From sequence record NZ_CP097382.1: DNA of 64,000 bases. One strand, written 5' to 3'. The DNA comes from a plasmid. The stretch's first letter is position 1. Every line of letters starts with the position of its first letter. Positions 1-9,782 of this stretch are shown one piece after another. The notes beneath the pieces are model-generated. The model saw nothing but the letters and a program-made list of their open reading frames with translations, was not told the DNA's origin and did not search any database. The translations under genes and the position numbers were made by a program.

Positions 1-688
1 CGCTTCAGTGACGGGAAACAGCAATCCCTCTCCGATGCAGTTTCGGTTAACGGGCAAGCTGATTATGCCGAATAATGAAGAATATGATTTAAGTGGTTGT
101 GCCGTTACCGCTGGGGTGTATGGCGATATTTCCAGTGAACGCGGATTAGTGCGTACCGACAGACTGTCTTGCAAACTGTTTGGTCATACTATTGATATGC
201 CCTTTAAAGGCCACGTCTCTTTTATGGGGAAAAACGGTATTAAAGGTGAGCCGGTCATCCGAAATGGTGAGTTAGTCGGCTACGCCTTTGGCGGTGGCTT
301 TCTTGAAGCGGTCGGTTCCGGTTTTTCAAAAGTGGGGGATACCACTGTTGGGATTGGTGCTAGTAGCACAACCACGATGGCCGATGTTGCCCGCGGTGGT
401 GTTGGCGGTGGGGTACAGCAATCCGGAAAAATGTTATCGGAATATTTCATTAAACGCGCTGAGCAATACCATCCAGTTATCCCAATCGGTGCAGGCATTG
501 AAATTACTGTTGTTTTCCAAGAAGGTTTTCAGTTGAAGTTTATTGAACAAATGAAGAAAGCCAAATCGCAAAAGCAAGAGAGTAATTCCCTGGAAAACTC
601 CATTAACCAAGGTATCACCGTTTCAAAACAAGCATTAGAACGGATTTCTTTAGGGGATGCCGCCCCCGTTGAGAATAGCCCACAGTAA
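1..688 (+). CDS. traB: TraB (VirB10-like core protein of the F-type T4SS), C-terminal part. The gene starts upstream of the window.
   Basis: The ORF is open to the window edge. It has a Gly-rich C-terminal region typical of TraB/VirB10. It sits directly upstream of the traV-traC block in F-like gene order. Confidence 0.7.
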   Translation, partial: ASVTGNSNPSPMQFRLTGKLIMPNNEEYDLSGCAVTAGVYGDISSERGLVRTDRLSCKLFGHTIDMPFKGHVSFMGKNGIKGEPVIRNGELVGYAFGGGFLEAVGSGFSKVGDTTVGIGASSTTTMADVARGGVGGGVQQSGKMLSEYFIKRAEQYHPVIPIGAGIEITVVFQEGFQLKFIEQMKKAKSQKQESNSLENSINQGITVSKQALERISLGDAAPVENSPQ

Positions 689-722
689 TAGAAGTCCTTT
701 AAGTCTCTATCCTTAATTTTCA

Positions 723-941
723 TTGTCATCATTCAGGTACAGCCCAATGCAAAACCGAATTCGTCAGCTAAAAAAGCGGATGCGTTTGAGCACGTTACTT
801 ATGACGCTCATTACGATTTCTCCGGCCGCGTTATTTGTTTCCCATCATGTGAGTTGGGATTCCGTCATCTTTTTAGCCATTTATAGCGGGTTAAGTGTTT
901 GGGTTGTACAAATCCTGAGTGCTGACCATCAACTAAAGTGA
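723..941 (+). CDS. Small hydrophobic protein at the position of traP/trbD in F-like operons
   Basis: A 72-aa ORF with one predicted TM segment lies between traB and the NusG-like gene. No recognisable motif. Confidence 0.3.
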   Translation: MSSFRYSPMQNRIRQLKKRMRLSTLLMTLITISPAALFVSHHVSWDSVIFLAIYSGLSVWVVQILSADHQLK

Positions 942-947
942 GTCATC

Positions 948-1439
948 ATGGAAAAGTGGTATTTATTATATTGTAAACGTGACCAAGTTTTACGCGCGAT
1001 TGAGCACCTTGAGCGTCAAGGGGTAACTGTGCATAACCCGACCTACAAAACGGAAAAAATGGTGAGAAACCGCCGCAAGAAAGTGATGGAGCCGTTATTT
1101 CCCAATTATTTATTTGTGAAGTTTGATCATGAAGTTATCCACTTTTCAACAATCGGTTCAACACGCGGGGTGAACTACTTTGTGCGCTTTGGCCAGAACC
1201 CTGTGGTAGTGCCGAATGAAGTGATTGCGACACTGGTTGTACCTGATTTCGTTAAAGAGATGAGTGATAACCTGCCGCAAAAAGGGGATGAAGTTGTCAT
1301 TACAGACGGTATTTTTGCGGGGATCCAAGCTATTTATAACGAACCGGATGGGGAAGCACGTTCGGTATTACTTCTTAAAATCCTCAATAGAGACGTTCCC
1401 AAAGTTGTCGATAATCGTAGCTTTGAAACCATCAAATAG
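948..1439 (+). CDS. NusG/RfaH-family specialised transcription antiterminator (ActX/RfaH-like paralog)
   Basis: 163 aa. The N-terminus MEKWYLLYCKRDQVLRAIEHLERQGV...PLFPNYLFVKF matches the NGN domain of RfaH/NusG paralogs. The C-terminal region GDEVVITDGIFAGIQAIY is a KOW-like motif. The gene is embedded in the tra operon. Confidence 0.75.
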   Translation: MEKWYLLYCKRDQVLRAIEHLERQGVTVHNPTYKTEKMVRNRRKKVMEPLFPNYLFVKFDHEVIHFSTIGSTRGVNYFVRFGQNPVVVPNEVIATLVVPDFVKEMSDNLPQKGDEVVITDGIFAGIQAIYNEPDGEARSVLLLKILNRDVPKVVDNRSFETIK

Positions 1440-1570
1440 CAGAGGGATGGAAAAAAATTATGAGTCTGAGGTGAAGAGAGTAACCCCAACAAGATAAAGT
1501 GCAATACTCATCTTTGGTAATAATTAATAAAAGACGACAGTATTCTTATATTTAAAAAGGTAATGCGAGT

Positions 1571-1843
1571 ATGGAGATAAACCCAATTTGGATTTTCTTT
1601 TATATGGTGATTTCTTTTGTTGCTCTTTTAGCTTGGTTAGCTTACTCGGGAAAACGTGAGGATGTTGAAAAACACATTCCAAATGGTGAGCGGTATTCTA
1701 AGCTTGAAATTTTCAAATCAATAGAACGAAATGGCGAGGTTATCTATTATTTAGGTGATGAAAGAAATCAAATCGAAGTTTCTAAAGTAGATTACGATTA
1801 TGCAATTAAAGTTTACCAAGAGAGTATAAGAAATGAAAAATAG
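1571..1843 (+). CDS. Hypothetical single-pass membrane protein on an AT-rich mini-cassette
   Basis: A 90-aa ORF at about 33% GC, flanked by AT-rich spacers, sits inside the ~50% GC tra operon. It has an N-terminal TM helix. No family recognised. Confidence 0.35.
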   Translation: MEINPIWIFFYMVISFVALLAWLAYSGKREDVEKHIPNGERYSKLEIFKSIERNGEVIYYLGDERNQIEVSKVDYDYAIKVYQESIRNEK

Positions 1844-1966
1844 AAGGGTGATTTATGTGGTTTTCTTTTCCGTAGGACTTGCCATTAAATTCAGTTAAAT
1901 AGCGTTTTTTTGATATTTCTTGTCGTTCTCTTCTTTTTACTTACTTCGTATTCAAAAGGTTTAATT

Positions 1967-2521
1967 ATGAAAAGACTCCTCATTCTAGGCGCATTAACCC
2001 TGCTCGCCGGTTGCACAGCGGGCATGAAAGATTCCTTTGATTGCAATGCCACCGCGCAAGATAGCTGCATGACGATGGAAGAAGCCAATCAAAAAGCGGC
2101 ACAGCAAAATATCACGTGGAACCACCCATCTAATGGGGAGGGCGCATCCCAAAAGCGAGCCGAACTGCCGCGGTTAGCACCGTTGGCAACCCCGACTGTG
2201 CCAGTTGTGACAACCGCGTCTCCAGCTCAGTCTGTTCGTACTGTGGTGCAGGATAATCGCGCTTCCTCACAAAGCGCGGGTGCATTCAAGCCTTCATCCG
2301 CATCCGTTAAAAAATCCGTGCCATCCAATACACTTCCCCCCATTCAACACACGGCACAAGCCTGGGCGAGTTGGAGTGATATCGGTATGGCACCGCCTCA
2401 ACGATTACCGACCACGACGGCTCGCTTATGGATAGCCCCGTGGATAGATGAACAAGATAACCTGTATCAACCCGCGGTTGTCTCTTTTGTGGTGAAAGAT
2501 GGTCAGTGGAGAGTCCAGTAA
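1967..2521 (+). CDS. traV: TraV outer-membrane lipoprotein of the F-type T4SS
   Basis: The protein starts MKRLLILGALTLLAGC, a lipobox. FDCNATAQDSCMTMEEAN and LWIAPWIDEQDNLYQP match F TraV. The frame-start M at 1910 is probably not the real start. Confidence 0.85.
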   Translation: MKRLLILGALTLLAGCTAGMKDSFDCNATAQDSCMTMEEANQKAAQQNITWNHPSNGEGASQKRAELPRLAPLATPTVPVVTTASPAQSVRTVVQDNRASSQSAGAFKPSSASVKKSVPSNTLPPIQHTAQAWASWSDIGMAPPQRLPTTTARLWIAPWIDEQDNLYQPAVVSFVVKDGQWRVQ

Positions 2522-2522
2522 C

Positions 2523-5234
2523 ATGAACGAAAAACCGTCCTTAATCGATAAGCTGCTTGCCCCGTTTCTCCCCAAGTCAAAAGACATTGTGTTTGATGAC
2601 GAGCCCGAACCGGTATCGTTGCAAGAAGCGGTATTCAAAAATTTATTTACCGCATGGCGAGAGCCGGATGGAAGTAAAGGGGCATCTGAAGCCTTGGAGA
2701 ATATGGATTACCCCTCCTTTTGCAGCCTTTTACCGTATCGCAACTACGATGCCAAATCCGGACTGTTTATCAATAAAACCACCATTGGTTTTGCCTTAGA
2801 GTGCACGCCCTTAGTGGGGGCCAATGACAAAATTGTCGATGCACTGGATTATTTTTTGCGTAATAAACTCCCACGCAAAATACCCTTAACGTTCATGTTA
2901 TTGGGGAGTAAGTGTATCAGCGAGCAGTTAGTCTATGGATTAAAAGACTTTGGGTGGCAAGGGGAAGAAGCGGAGAAGTTTAACCATATCACGCGCGCTT
3001 TCTACGAGCGCGGTGCTTTAGTGGGGTTGGATAACAAGCTCAATCTTCCGTTATCGTTACGCAATTACCGTTTGTTTGTGTGTTATGCCGAAGAGCATAA
3101 AAAAGCCGATGCGCTGACATTACAAAAAGTGAATCAAATTCTCAGTATTGTCATGAAGTCTTTGGCAGGTGCATCTTTGCATTGTGAACAAATGAATGAC
3201 AAAGGGTTACTGCAACTGGTACGTGAAATCAGCAACTTTCGGCACGACCAGATTGCGTTGCCAAGTAGCCACGTTGACCCCTATGAGTCACTCAATGACC
3301 AATGTGCTGACCGCTCTTTGACTCTTGAAATTCGTCCCGATGCCATTCATCAGTCGTTATCGATGGACAAGGGGCAAAAAAGTCAAACCCGTATCATGAA
3401 TTATATGTTGGAGAAAAACCCGACCCAGTTCGCCTTGTGGCAAACGGGCGATAACTTGAGTAATTTGCTTGACCCTGCATCCAGTGTGTCCTGCCCGTTT
3501 GCCATTACCATGACCGTGTACGTTGAAGATTTGGTCAAAACCCAAAACGAGGCGAAGAAAAAGTTTATTACCAATAACAGTCGGGCAAACTCCAAGTACA
3601 TCAATTGGGTGCCTGGAGTTAAGCGTAAAGCCGAAGAGTGGGGAGCGTTGCGTGAGGGACTCGATACCAATCAAATTGCACTCGCGCGTTACAGTTACGG
3701 TATCACTTTATTTTGCGAAGACGATGATGATAAAGCGCTGGAAGCGGAAATGGCGTTGATGAATACCTACACCACCAATCACTTGAAGCTGTGTCCACCG
3801 ACCTTTATGCAATTACGTAACTATTTGGCACTGTTCCCTTTTGTCATGCAAGAGGGGCTGTGGGGCGATATGGTTCGTTCAGGCGGCACACTCAGAGCGA
3901 AAGCCTTTAATGTCGCCAATTTATTACCCGTGGTGGCAGATAATCGGATCTGTCAAAAAGGCTTACCTATCCCGTCGTATCGGCACCAACTCTCCTTTCT
4001 CGATATTTTTGAGCGAGGTTCTGGTCTCGGTAACGACAACTTTAATGCGGCAGTATGCGGGACGTCAGGCAGTGGTAAATCGTTTCTCATGCAAGCGCTA
4101 ATTCGTCAAGTGCTTGATGCAGGCGGGTGGGCGTATGTCCTCGATATGGGGGATTCGTATAAAGAGCTGTGTCACAGCCTTGGGGGCGTCTATGTCGATG
4201 CGCGTGACCTTAAATTCAATCCGTTCGCGGGTGTCGTCGATATTAAAGAGGCCGCGGAAAGTATTCGTGACCTGCTCATCGTGTTGGCGAACCCTTCGGG
4301 CGATATGGATGATGTGTCTAAATCTATCCTACTCAATGCCGTTCAAGAGGTGTGGGAAGGAAAAGGGCCAAATGGACGTAAAGGAAATAAAGTCCTGATT
4401 GATGACGTTCATGATTACCTCGAAGCCGAAGTGAAAGCCGCTTATTTCGATCCGCAAAGTACGGTTCAAAATAAGATGCAAGAAATCATTGTGGCATTGA
4501 AAAAATACACCACCAAAGGGCTGTACGGAGAGTATTTTAACAGTGACAAACCGGCTCTGAATGAACAAGTCCGCTTTACCGTACTTGAAATGGGCGGGTT
4601 GCAAAATAAACCCGATCTGTTAGCCGCCGTCATGTTCTCGATGATGATTTTCATCCAGCAACGGATGTATTTAACGGCGCGCAGTATCAAAAAACTCGCG
4701 GCCATTGATGAAGGTTGGAAGCTACTGGATAACAAGAGTCGCTTTGTCGCCGACTTTATTGAAAGCGGTTATCGAACAGCCCGTAAATACGGGGGGTCTT
4801 ACATTACTATCTCGCAAGGGATTGATGATTTTGACGGCGATAGTGCCAGTACTGCCGCGAAAGCCGCGTGGAGTAATTCTTCCTTCAAAATTATCTTGCG
4901 TCAAAACATGGAAGCGTTCCGTAAATACAACCAAAAGAATCCCGACCAGTTCAATCCTGTTGAGCGTGCCATTATTGAAGGGTTCCCTGCGGCAGGGGAT
5001 GCACACTTTAGTGCCTTTATGCTGCGAATTGCGGGGCGCTCCTCATTCCATCGGTTGGTAACTGATCCGATTAGCCGGGCATTGTACTCAACGGATGGGG
5101 ATGACTTCCAATTTCGTGAAAATCTCATGGCGGAAGGACTGTCACAACAAGCGGCGTTATTGGCACTGGCTAAGCGCAAATTCCCACAAGAAATGGAGAC
5201 CTTATCCCAATGGCAGAGTCAAACACGACATTAG
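2523..5234 (+). CDS. traC: TraC, the VirB4-family ATPase of the F-type T4SS
   Basis: About 900 aa. The N-terminus is collinear with F TraC (…SLLPYRNYDAKSGLF…). A Walker A motif GTSGSGKS is present. The ATG at 2523 lies 1 nt after the traV stop. Confidence 0.9.
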   Translation: MNEKPSLIDKLLAPFLPKSKDIVFDDEPEPVSLQEAVFKNLFTAWREPDGSKGASEALENMDYPSFCSLLPYRNYDAKSGLFINKTTIGFALECTPLVGANDKIVDALDYFLRNKLPRKIPLTFMLLGSKCISEQLVYGLKDFGWQGEEAEKFNHITRAFYERGALVGLDNKLNLPLSLRNYRLFVCYAEEHKKADALTLQKVNQILSIVMKSLAGASLHCEQMNDKGLLQLVREISNFRHDQIALPSSHVDPYESLNDQCADRSLTLEIRPDAIHQSLSMDKGQKSQTRIMNYMLEKNPTQFALWQTGDNLSNLLDPASSVSCPFAITMTVYVEDLVKTQNEAKKKFITNNSRANSKYINWVPGVKRKAEEWGALREGLDTNQIALARYSYGITLFCEDDDDKALEAEMALMNTYTTNHLKLCPPTFMQLRNYLALFPFVMQEGLWGDMVRSGGTLRAKAFNVANLLPVVADNRICQKGLPIPSYRHQLSFLDIFERGSGLGNDNFNAAVCGTSGSGKSFLMQALIRQVLDAGGWAYVLDMGDSYKELCHSLGGVYVDARDLKFNPFAGVVDIKEAAESIRDLLIVLANPSGDMDDVSKSILLNAVQEVWEGKGPNGRKGNKVLIDDVHDYLEAEVKAAYFDPQSTVQNKMQEIIVALKKYTTKGLYGEYFNSDKPALNEQVRFTVLEMGGLQNKPDLLAAVMFSMMIFIQQRMYLTARSIKKLAAIDEGWKLLDNKSRFVADFIESGYRTARKYGGSYITISQGIDDFDGDSASTAAKAAWSNSSFKIILRQNMEAFRKYNQKNPDQFNPVERAIIEGFPAAGDAHFSAFMLRIAGRSSFHRLVTDPISRALYSTDGDDFQFRENLMAEGLSQQAALLALAKRKFPQEMETLSQWQSQTRH

Positions 5235-5635
5235 TCGACAAGGCAGTAAAAACCCCTGCTCTAGGCATGAGCCGTCGCCGCAAACAATGTTTAAAAGCCA
5301 TGAGCTTTTTTATGGTCATTGCCGTGGTGCTGAGTTTCAGTATTTCGGTGTTTGTGGTGCGCTGGCTTGCCCCCGTTACCGTCACTTTCGACATGGCGGG
5401 CACGGTTAACCAATATCAGCAGCAAATGGCCATGCAGTTTAACAGCGAAAACCCATTGAGCGAACAGCAAATTGCAGATGCCACTCACCGTTTTCAAATG
5501 GCGCTCAGTGACAGTTTATCCGAGTACCAACACACCCATCAGGCCCTGATTTTAGTCACGCCTGCGGTGGTGATGGGCGCGGAAGATATCACGGTCGATA
5601 TTCAAGCCGCGATTGCGGACAAAATGGCGCAATAA
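5210..5635 (+). CDS. trbI: TrbI inner-membrane protein
   Basis: 141 aa. APVTVTFDM…ALILVTPAVVMGAEDIT parallels F TrbI (APVTVAFNM…AVILVSPAVVQGAPDIT). It is positioned after traC. Confidence 0.75.
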   Translation: MAESNTTLVDKAVKTPALGMSRRRKQCLKAMSFFMVIAVVLSFSISVFVVRWLAPVTVTFDMAGTVNQYQQQMAMQFNSENPLSEQQIADATHRFQMALSDSLSEYQHTHQALILVTPAVVMGAEDITVDIQAAIADKMAQ

Positions 5636-5644
5636 GGAGGGAAA

Positions 5645-6277
5645 ATGAAGCGAATACGGCAGTCTACACTGGCAGTCTTGTTTTGTTTACCTTGTCTTGT
5701 TACCGCTAAAGATCTTGGTGTATGGGGGGATGTCTATCCCGTTCAAGAGCAAAGTATGTTGGACTTTATCCAAGGGCGGTTAAAACAAATGGAAGGGACG
5801 GGCGAAATCGCGCAGATGCAACAAGATTTTAAAGATCGCGTGATTGAAAACACGTTGCGCCCACCGCCAGTGGATTGGCTCAGTACGGATACCGAAGCAC
5901 ATACAGTGTGGTACGACCCGACATTTACGGTTCAAGGGGATTATGCCGACCACAATGGCGTGGTGTTTGCCCGACAGGGCGACAAAATTAACCCGCTGAG
6001 TCATGTGGCACTGGGGCAAACCCTGTACTTTTTAGATGCGGATGATCCGCGCCAAATCGCGTGGATGAACGCCCAGCAGCCTGCGACCTTGCGTTATAAA
6101 GTCATTTTAACCAATGGCAATATTAAAGAGGCCACGCAGGCACTGAATACGCGCGTGTTCTTTGACCAAGGGGGCAGTTTAAGCCGTCAGCTCGGGCTTC
6201 AGTACATTCCGGCGGTGGTGACGCAAGAGGGAGACAAACTCAAAATCGTTTCGGCGGCGATGCAGGAGGGGCGATGA
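5645..6277 (+). CDS. traW: TraW pilus assembly protein
   Basis: 210 aa, the same length as F TraW. It has a signal peptide and lies between trbI and traU. Confidence 0.75.
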   Translation: MKRIRQSTLAVLFCLPCLVTAKDLGVWGDVYPVQEQSMLDFIQGRLKQMEGTGEIAQMQQDFKDRVIENTLRPPPVDWLSTDTEAHTVWYDPTFTVQGDYADHNGVVFARQGDKINPLSHVALGQTLYFLDADDPRQIAWMNAQQPATLRYKVILTNGNIKEATQALNTRVFFDQGGSLSRQLGLQYIPAVVTQEGDKLKIVSAAMQEGR

Positions 6278-7269
6278 GAAAATTTACCCGTTGGTTATTG
6301 AGTGCCTGTGTACTGGGGTGTGTAACAGTAGCAACGCCAGCGAAAGCCGATGTGATGTGTGAAGGGAATTTTGTTAACCCGATCACCGATATTTGTTGGG
6401 ATTGCCTGTTTCCGATGACCATCGGTAATGTCCCCGTTTTCCCTGGCGTGGCACCGGATACAGAAAACCCCTCGATGCCGATCCAAATTTGCCCGATGGG
6501 GATTTTATACCGTATTGGCCTTGCCATTGGTTATTGGGAGCCCTTTGCCCTAACGGATGTGACCCGTTCACCGTATTGCATGGTGAATTTAGGCGGCTTT
6601 AACATCAACGTTGGTAAGATGGGCGGGGGCAAAGGCACGCAAAATGACCCCGCAACGCAAGGGGCGTTTTACCATGTGCATTGGTACAAATATCCACTGA
6701 CTTATTGGCTCAATATCATTACCTCGGCAGGCTGTTTAGAGCGCGGGGATATGGATATCGCTTATTTGTCAGAGCTAGACCCGTTGTGGAATGACAGCTC
6801 GTTGTCGTCGATTATTGCCCCTGAAGCCTTTGTGTTTGCCAATCCCATCGCGCAAGGGGCGTGCGCCGCCGATGCGATTGCCAGTATTGGCAATAAGCCG
6901 TTAAATGCGCTCTTTTGGTGTGCCGGTTCACAAGGCAGTATGTATCCGTTTACGGGGTATACGGGGAATGAATTTAGTCCGCAGGCTTCCTCGGTTCTTC
7001 TTTCTGAGCGCATGGCGTTTAAGTTGCATCGGCAAGGGTTGGTGATGAACAGCGTCGGGAAAAATCAGGATGTGTGTTACACCTATCCGTCCCCGATTAT
7101 CCCGAAAGACCGTTATCGTTATCAAATGGTGAACATGTATCCCGATACTGCACAGTGTCATCCTTTTGGTCGTTCCGTGATGCGCTGGCAAACAGGGCAT
7201 GCTTCACCCAACAGTCGTAAAAACTTCGGTTATCTCATCTGGCGTAAACGTAACTGCGTTTTCCTCTAA
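6274..7269 (+). CDS. traU: TraU pilus assembly / DNA transfer protein
   Basis: 331 aa, Cys-rich, with a signal peptide. The N-terminus CEGNFVNPITDICWDCLFPMTIG is characteristic of TraU. Its start overlaps the traW stop. Confidence 0.85.
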   Translation: MRKFTRWLLSACVLGCVTVATPAKADVMCEGNFVNPITDICWDCLFPMTIGNVPVFPGVAPDTENPSMPIQICPMGILYRIGLAIGYWEPFALTDVTRSPYCMVNLGGFNINVGKMGGGKGTQNDPATQGAFYHVHWYKYPLTYWLNIITSAGCLERGDMDIAYLSELDPLWNDSSLSSIIAPEAFVFANPIAQGACAADAIASIGNKPLNALFWCAGSQGSMYPFTGYTGNEFSPQASSVLLSERMAFKLHRQGLVMNSVGKNQDVCYTYPSPIIPKDRYRYQMVNMYPDTAQCHPFGRSVMRWQTGHASPNSRKNFGYLIWRKRNCVFL

Positions 7270-7284
7270 TACGAGGTCCTTTTT

Positions 7285-7905
7285 ATGAAATCCGTTTTCT
7301 TTTTATTCGCAAGCGTGCTGCTTGCGTCGACGAGTCATGCCTTAACGGATGACCAACAGTTTTTAGAACAGCTACGTGACCAAAGTGCGGCCTTGCGGGA
7401 ACACTCCTTGCCGCCGGATGGCTTTAAGCCACCGGAAATCTCGGCCAAGGATAAAGCCTGGATTGATAGCTTATTAGCCAAACAGCAGCACGCGCAGCAA
7501 CAAGTTGCCGATGCAGCTAAAGCACAAGCCGTGCAGGAAAGTCCCTTTGTTTACTTTGTGTCGTTTTCGATTCCTGAAGCGGGACTCAAACAGATGGTGC
7601 CGGAGGCGACACAGCTTGGTATCCCCACGTTGATTAATGGCCTGATTGACAATGACTTTCGTAAAACGGCCAGTGCCGTGTTTGAACTGACGAAAGACAG
7701 TGGCGAAGGGGGCGTGCAAATCGACCCAAAAACCTTTGCCCAATACGGCATTACACAAGTGCCCGCACTGGTTTTGCGCTGTGAGCACGGTTTTGATGTG
7801 ATGTACGGCAATATCCGTTTGAACTCAGCTATCGAGCGGGTTGCTAGCAGTGGCGATTGTCGTCAGGTTGCTCAAGATTGGTTGGCATCGAGGGCGCGGA
7901 AATGA
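7285..7905 (+). CDS. trbC: TrbC periplasmic pilus assembly protein
   Basis: 206 aa with a signal peptide. It sits between traU and traN, matching F-like order and size. Confidence 0.7.
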   Translation: MKSVFFLFASVLLASTSHALTDDQQFLEQLRDQSAALREHSLPPDGFKPPEISAKDKAWIDSLLAKQQHAQQQVADAAKAQAVQESPFVYFVSFSIPEAGLKQMVPEATQLGIPTLINGLIDNDFRKTASAVFELTKDSGEGGVQIDPKTFAQYGITQVPALVLRCEHGFDVMYGNIRLNSAIERVASSGDCRQVAQDWLASRARK

Positions 7906-9782
7906 AACGGTTATTGATTGCATTATGTGGAGTGGGTGTTTTGTCATTGGGGTTTGCGGCCAATGAGTATAAAGCAGGTTCAGAATTTGCCAGCGGCCTG
8001 AAAAATAAAGGGACAGACACGATAAAAAACACCAACCCCGCCAATATCATCCCGAATTACACCGCTAATCCGTCAGAAAGTGGTTATTACGGTGGGGTGA
8101 CGTCAGGCGCAGCCTCGGGGCTGGAAAATGCCGGTATGAAAGCCATGAATGACACCGATGCGGGGCAAACCACGATGGAGGTCATGAAAAATCGCCCACC
8201 GGATAAGTTAGATTTGGACGCACCGTTCTTAAAAGCGGGCATTGATATGCGGGAAAAAGCGGAGTCAGAAAGCGGGCAAATCACGGTGCCGTGTCAGGAT
8301 GTGACGCTGGATAAAACTGAAATTACATCACACCAATGTGAGCGTATCCCTGCAGCCAGTTTAGCGTGTACTCGGACAGCAAAAATCACCTGGGAGGAAA
8401 CGGATGGATGGGAAAACAGCGAAATCACCGTGCCCTACAATAAAATCAAATATTGGGGGGATAGCCCGAGGATACGATTCTCTTTTACCATGCCGGAAAG
8501 TGTTTGGGTGACACAATTGACCTTTTATGGCTGGAATCGCATGTGTGGAAACAGTGGGGATGGACGTATTCCACCGAATGACCAACCCGTCAGTTTATTG
8601 GGGGCAAACTTTAAATCCGTATTCAGTCAATCTTGTAATCTCAGTGATATTGGTACAGGTGTGAGTGTCGCTACCAAAGAGGTTTATGTTAAAGAAGGTG
8701 ACGTCGTTAATGGACTTTATACGGGTTTAACAGGATTGAATTCAAGGTTGGTTGACTATTTTGTTACTAACTTTAATCAGGGGCATCTCAAGCACACAAT
8801 AAAACTGCGCGTCCGTAAGCAAATCAAAGTGGTTACCCCAAAAATTGAATGGGTTGAACATTGTCCGTTTGATAAATCCGAAGAAGTGAAGGTGGAAACC
8901 CAATGTACGGAAAAAGGGGGCACCAAAACCATCACGGTGGGCGGTAAAAAATACGATGTTTATAGCGAGTGTTGGCAGTACACCGATTATTACGCCAAGC
9001 AGTCGGCAGACAATGGCAGCTGCGGTGACTACATGAAAAATCCCGCCTGCACCATTGTGAAAACCACTTGCATTGAATCCGTTGGCAGTACGTGTTTGCG
9101 TGAGCAAGCAGTGTTTTCCTGTGAAAAAGGGCTGACCGGAAGCGGGAAAATGTGCGGTGTTGAGCTGATTTGTGCCAGTGGCGAGTGTGACCAAATCAAG
9201 AATGACAAAGCCAACAGTTTCCAAAAAGCGGTATCCGCGTTAGCGGCCGTGGCCGCCGCAGGGGAAGATGTGGCAGAGCTCAATGACGTGAATGTAAGGG
9301 CCTTTACGGGACAGCGTTACACCTGCCGTAAAGCCGCAGCAGGGTTTAATAACTGCTGCAAAAGTGGCGGTTGGGGAAGTGATGTGGGGCTAGCGCACTG
9401 TGACAGTGAAGAAAAAGCCCTCGGTAAAGCTAAAAGTCGCAATCTCACCATTTATGTTGGCTCATACTGCTCGAATAAAGTGCTCGGAGTGTGTCTTCAG
9501 AAGAAAGAAGCCTACTGCGTGTTTGACAGTAAGCTCGCCAAAATCGTGCAAGAGCAAGGGCGTGGGGGGCAATTACGGATTGGGTTTGGCAGTGCCAAAA
9601 ACAGTGATTGTCGCGGTATTACCGTCGATGAATTGCAGGCTATTAACTTTGACCGACTGAACTTTGCGGATTTCTATGCCGATTTGGAGTCAGGCACCGA
9701 TATTCCCGCTGACCAAGAGCTGATTGACCGTGTGAAAAATCAAATCGCCAATGGCCTGCAAGAGCAAGGGGGACAAGGATGA
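7902..9782 (+). CDS. traN: TraN outer-membrane mating-pair stabilisation protein
   Basis: About 626 aa from MKRLLIAL, with a signal peptide. The C-terminal half is extremely Cys-rich (…CGDYMKNPAC…CASGECDQ…NNCCKSGGWG…), typical of TraN. ATG 7902 overlaps the trbC stop (ATGA). Confidence 0.85.
   Translation: MKRLLIALCGVGVLSLGFAANEYKAGSEFASGLKNKGTDTIKNTNPANIIPNYTANPSESGYYGGVTSGAASGLENAGMKAMNDTDAGQTTMEVMKNRPPDKLDLDAPFLKAGIDMREKAESESGQITVPCQDVTLDKTEITSHQCERIPAASLACTRTAKITWEETDGWENSEITVPYNKIKYWGDSPRIRFSFTMPESVWVTQLTFYGWNRMCGNSGDGRIPPNDQPVSLLGANFKSVFSQSCNLSDIGTGVSVATKEVYVKEGDVVNGLYTGLTGLNSRLVDYFVTNFNQGHLKHTIKLRVRKQIKVVTPKIEWVEHCPFDKSEEVKVETQCTEKGGTKTITVGGKKYDVYSECWQYTDYYAKQSADNGSCGDYMKNPACTIVKTTCIESVGSTCLREQAVFSCEKGLTGSGKMCGVELICASGECDQIKNDKANSFQKAVSALAAVAAAGEDVAELNDVNVRAFTGQRYTCRKAAAGFNNCCKSGGWGSDVGLAHCDSEEKALGKAKSRNLTIYVGSYCSNKVLGVCLQKKEAYCVFDSKLAKIVQEQGRGGQLRIGFGSAKNSDCRGITVDELQAINFDRLNFADFYADLESGTDIPADQELIDRVKNQIANGLQEQGGQG

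Noticed and set aside
2557-2799. 80-aa plus-strand ORF overlapping the start of traC in another frame
   Set aside because: The alternative frame lies within traC. It is Arg/Pro-rich and implausible.
8742-9224. 160-aa minus-strand ORF inside traN, and similar antisense ORFs in traC (3357-3674, 4329-4735) and traG (15349-15573)
   Set aside because: They overlap strongly supported plus-strand tra genes in antisense and are Gly/Ala/Thr-rich with no motifs. Treated as frame artefacts.
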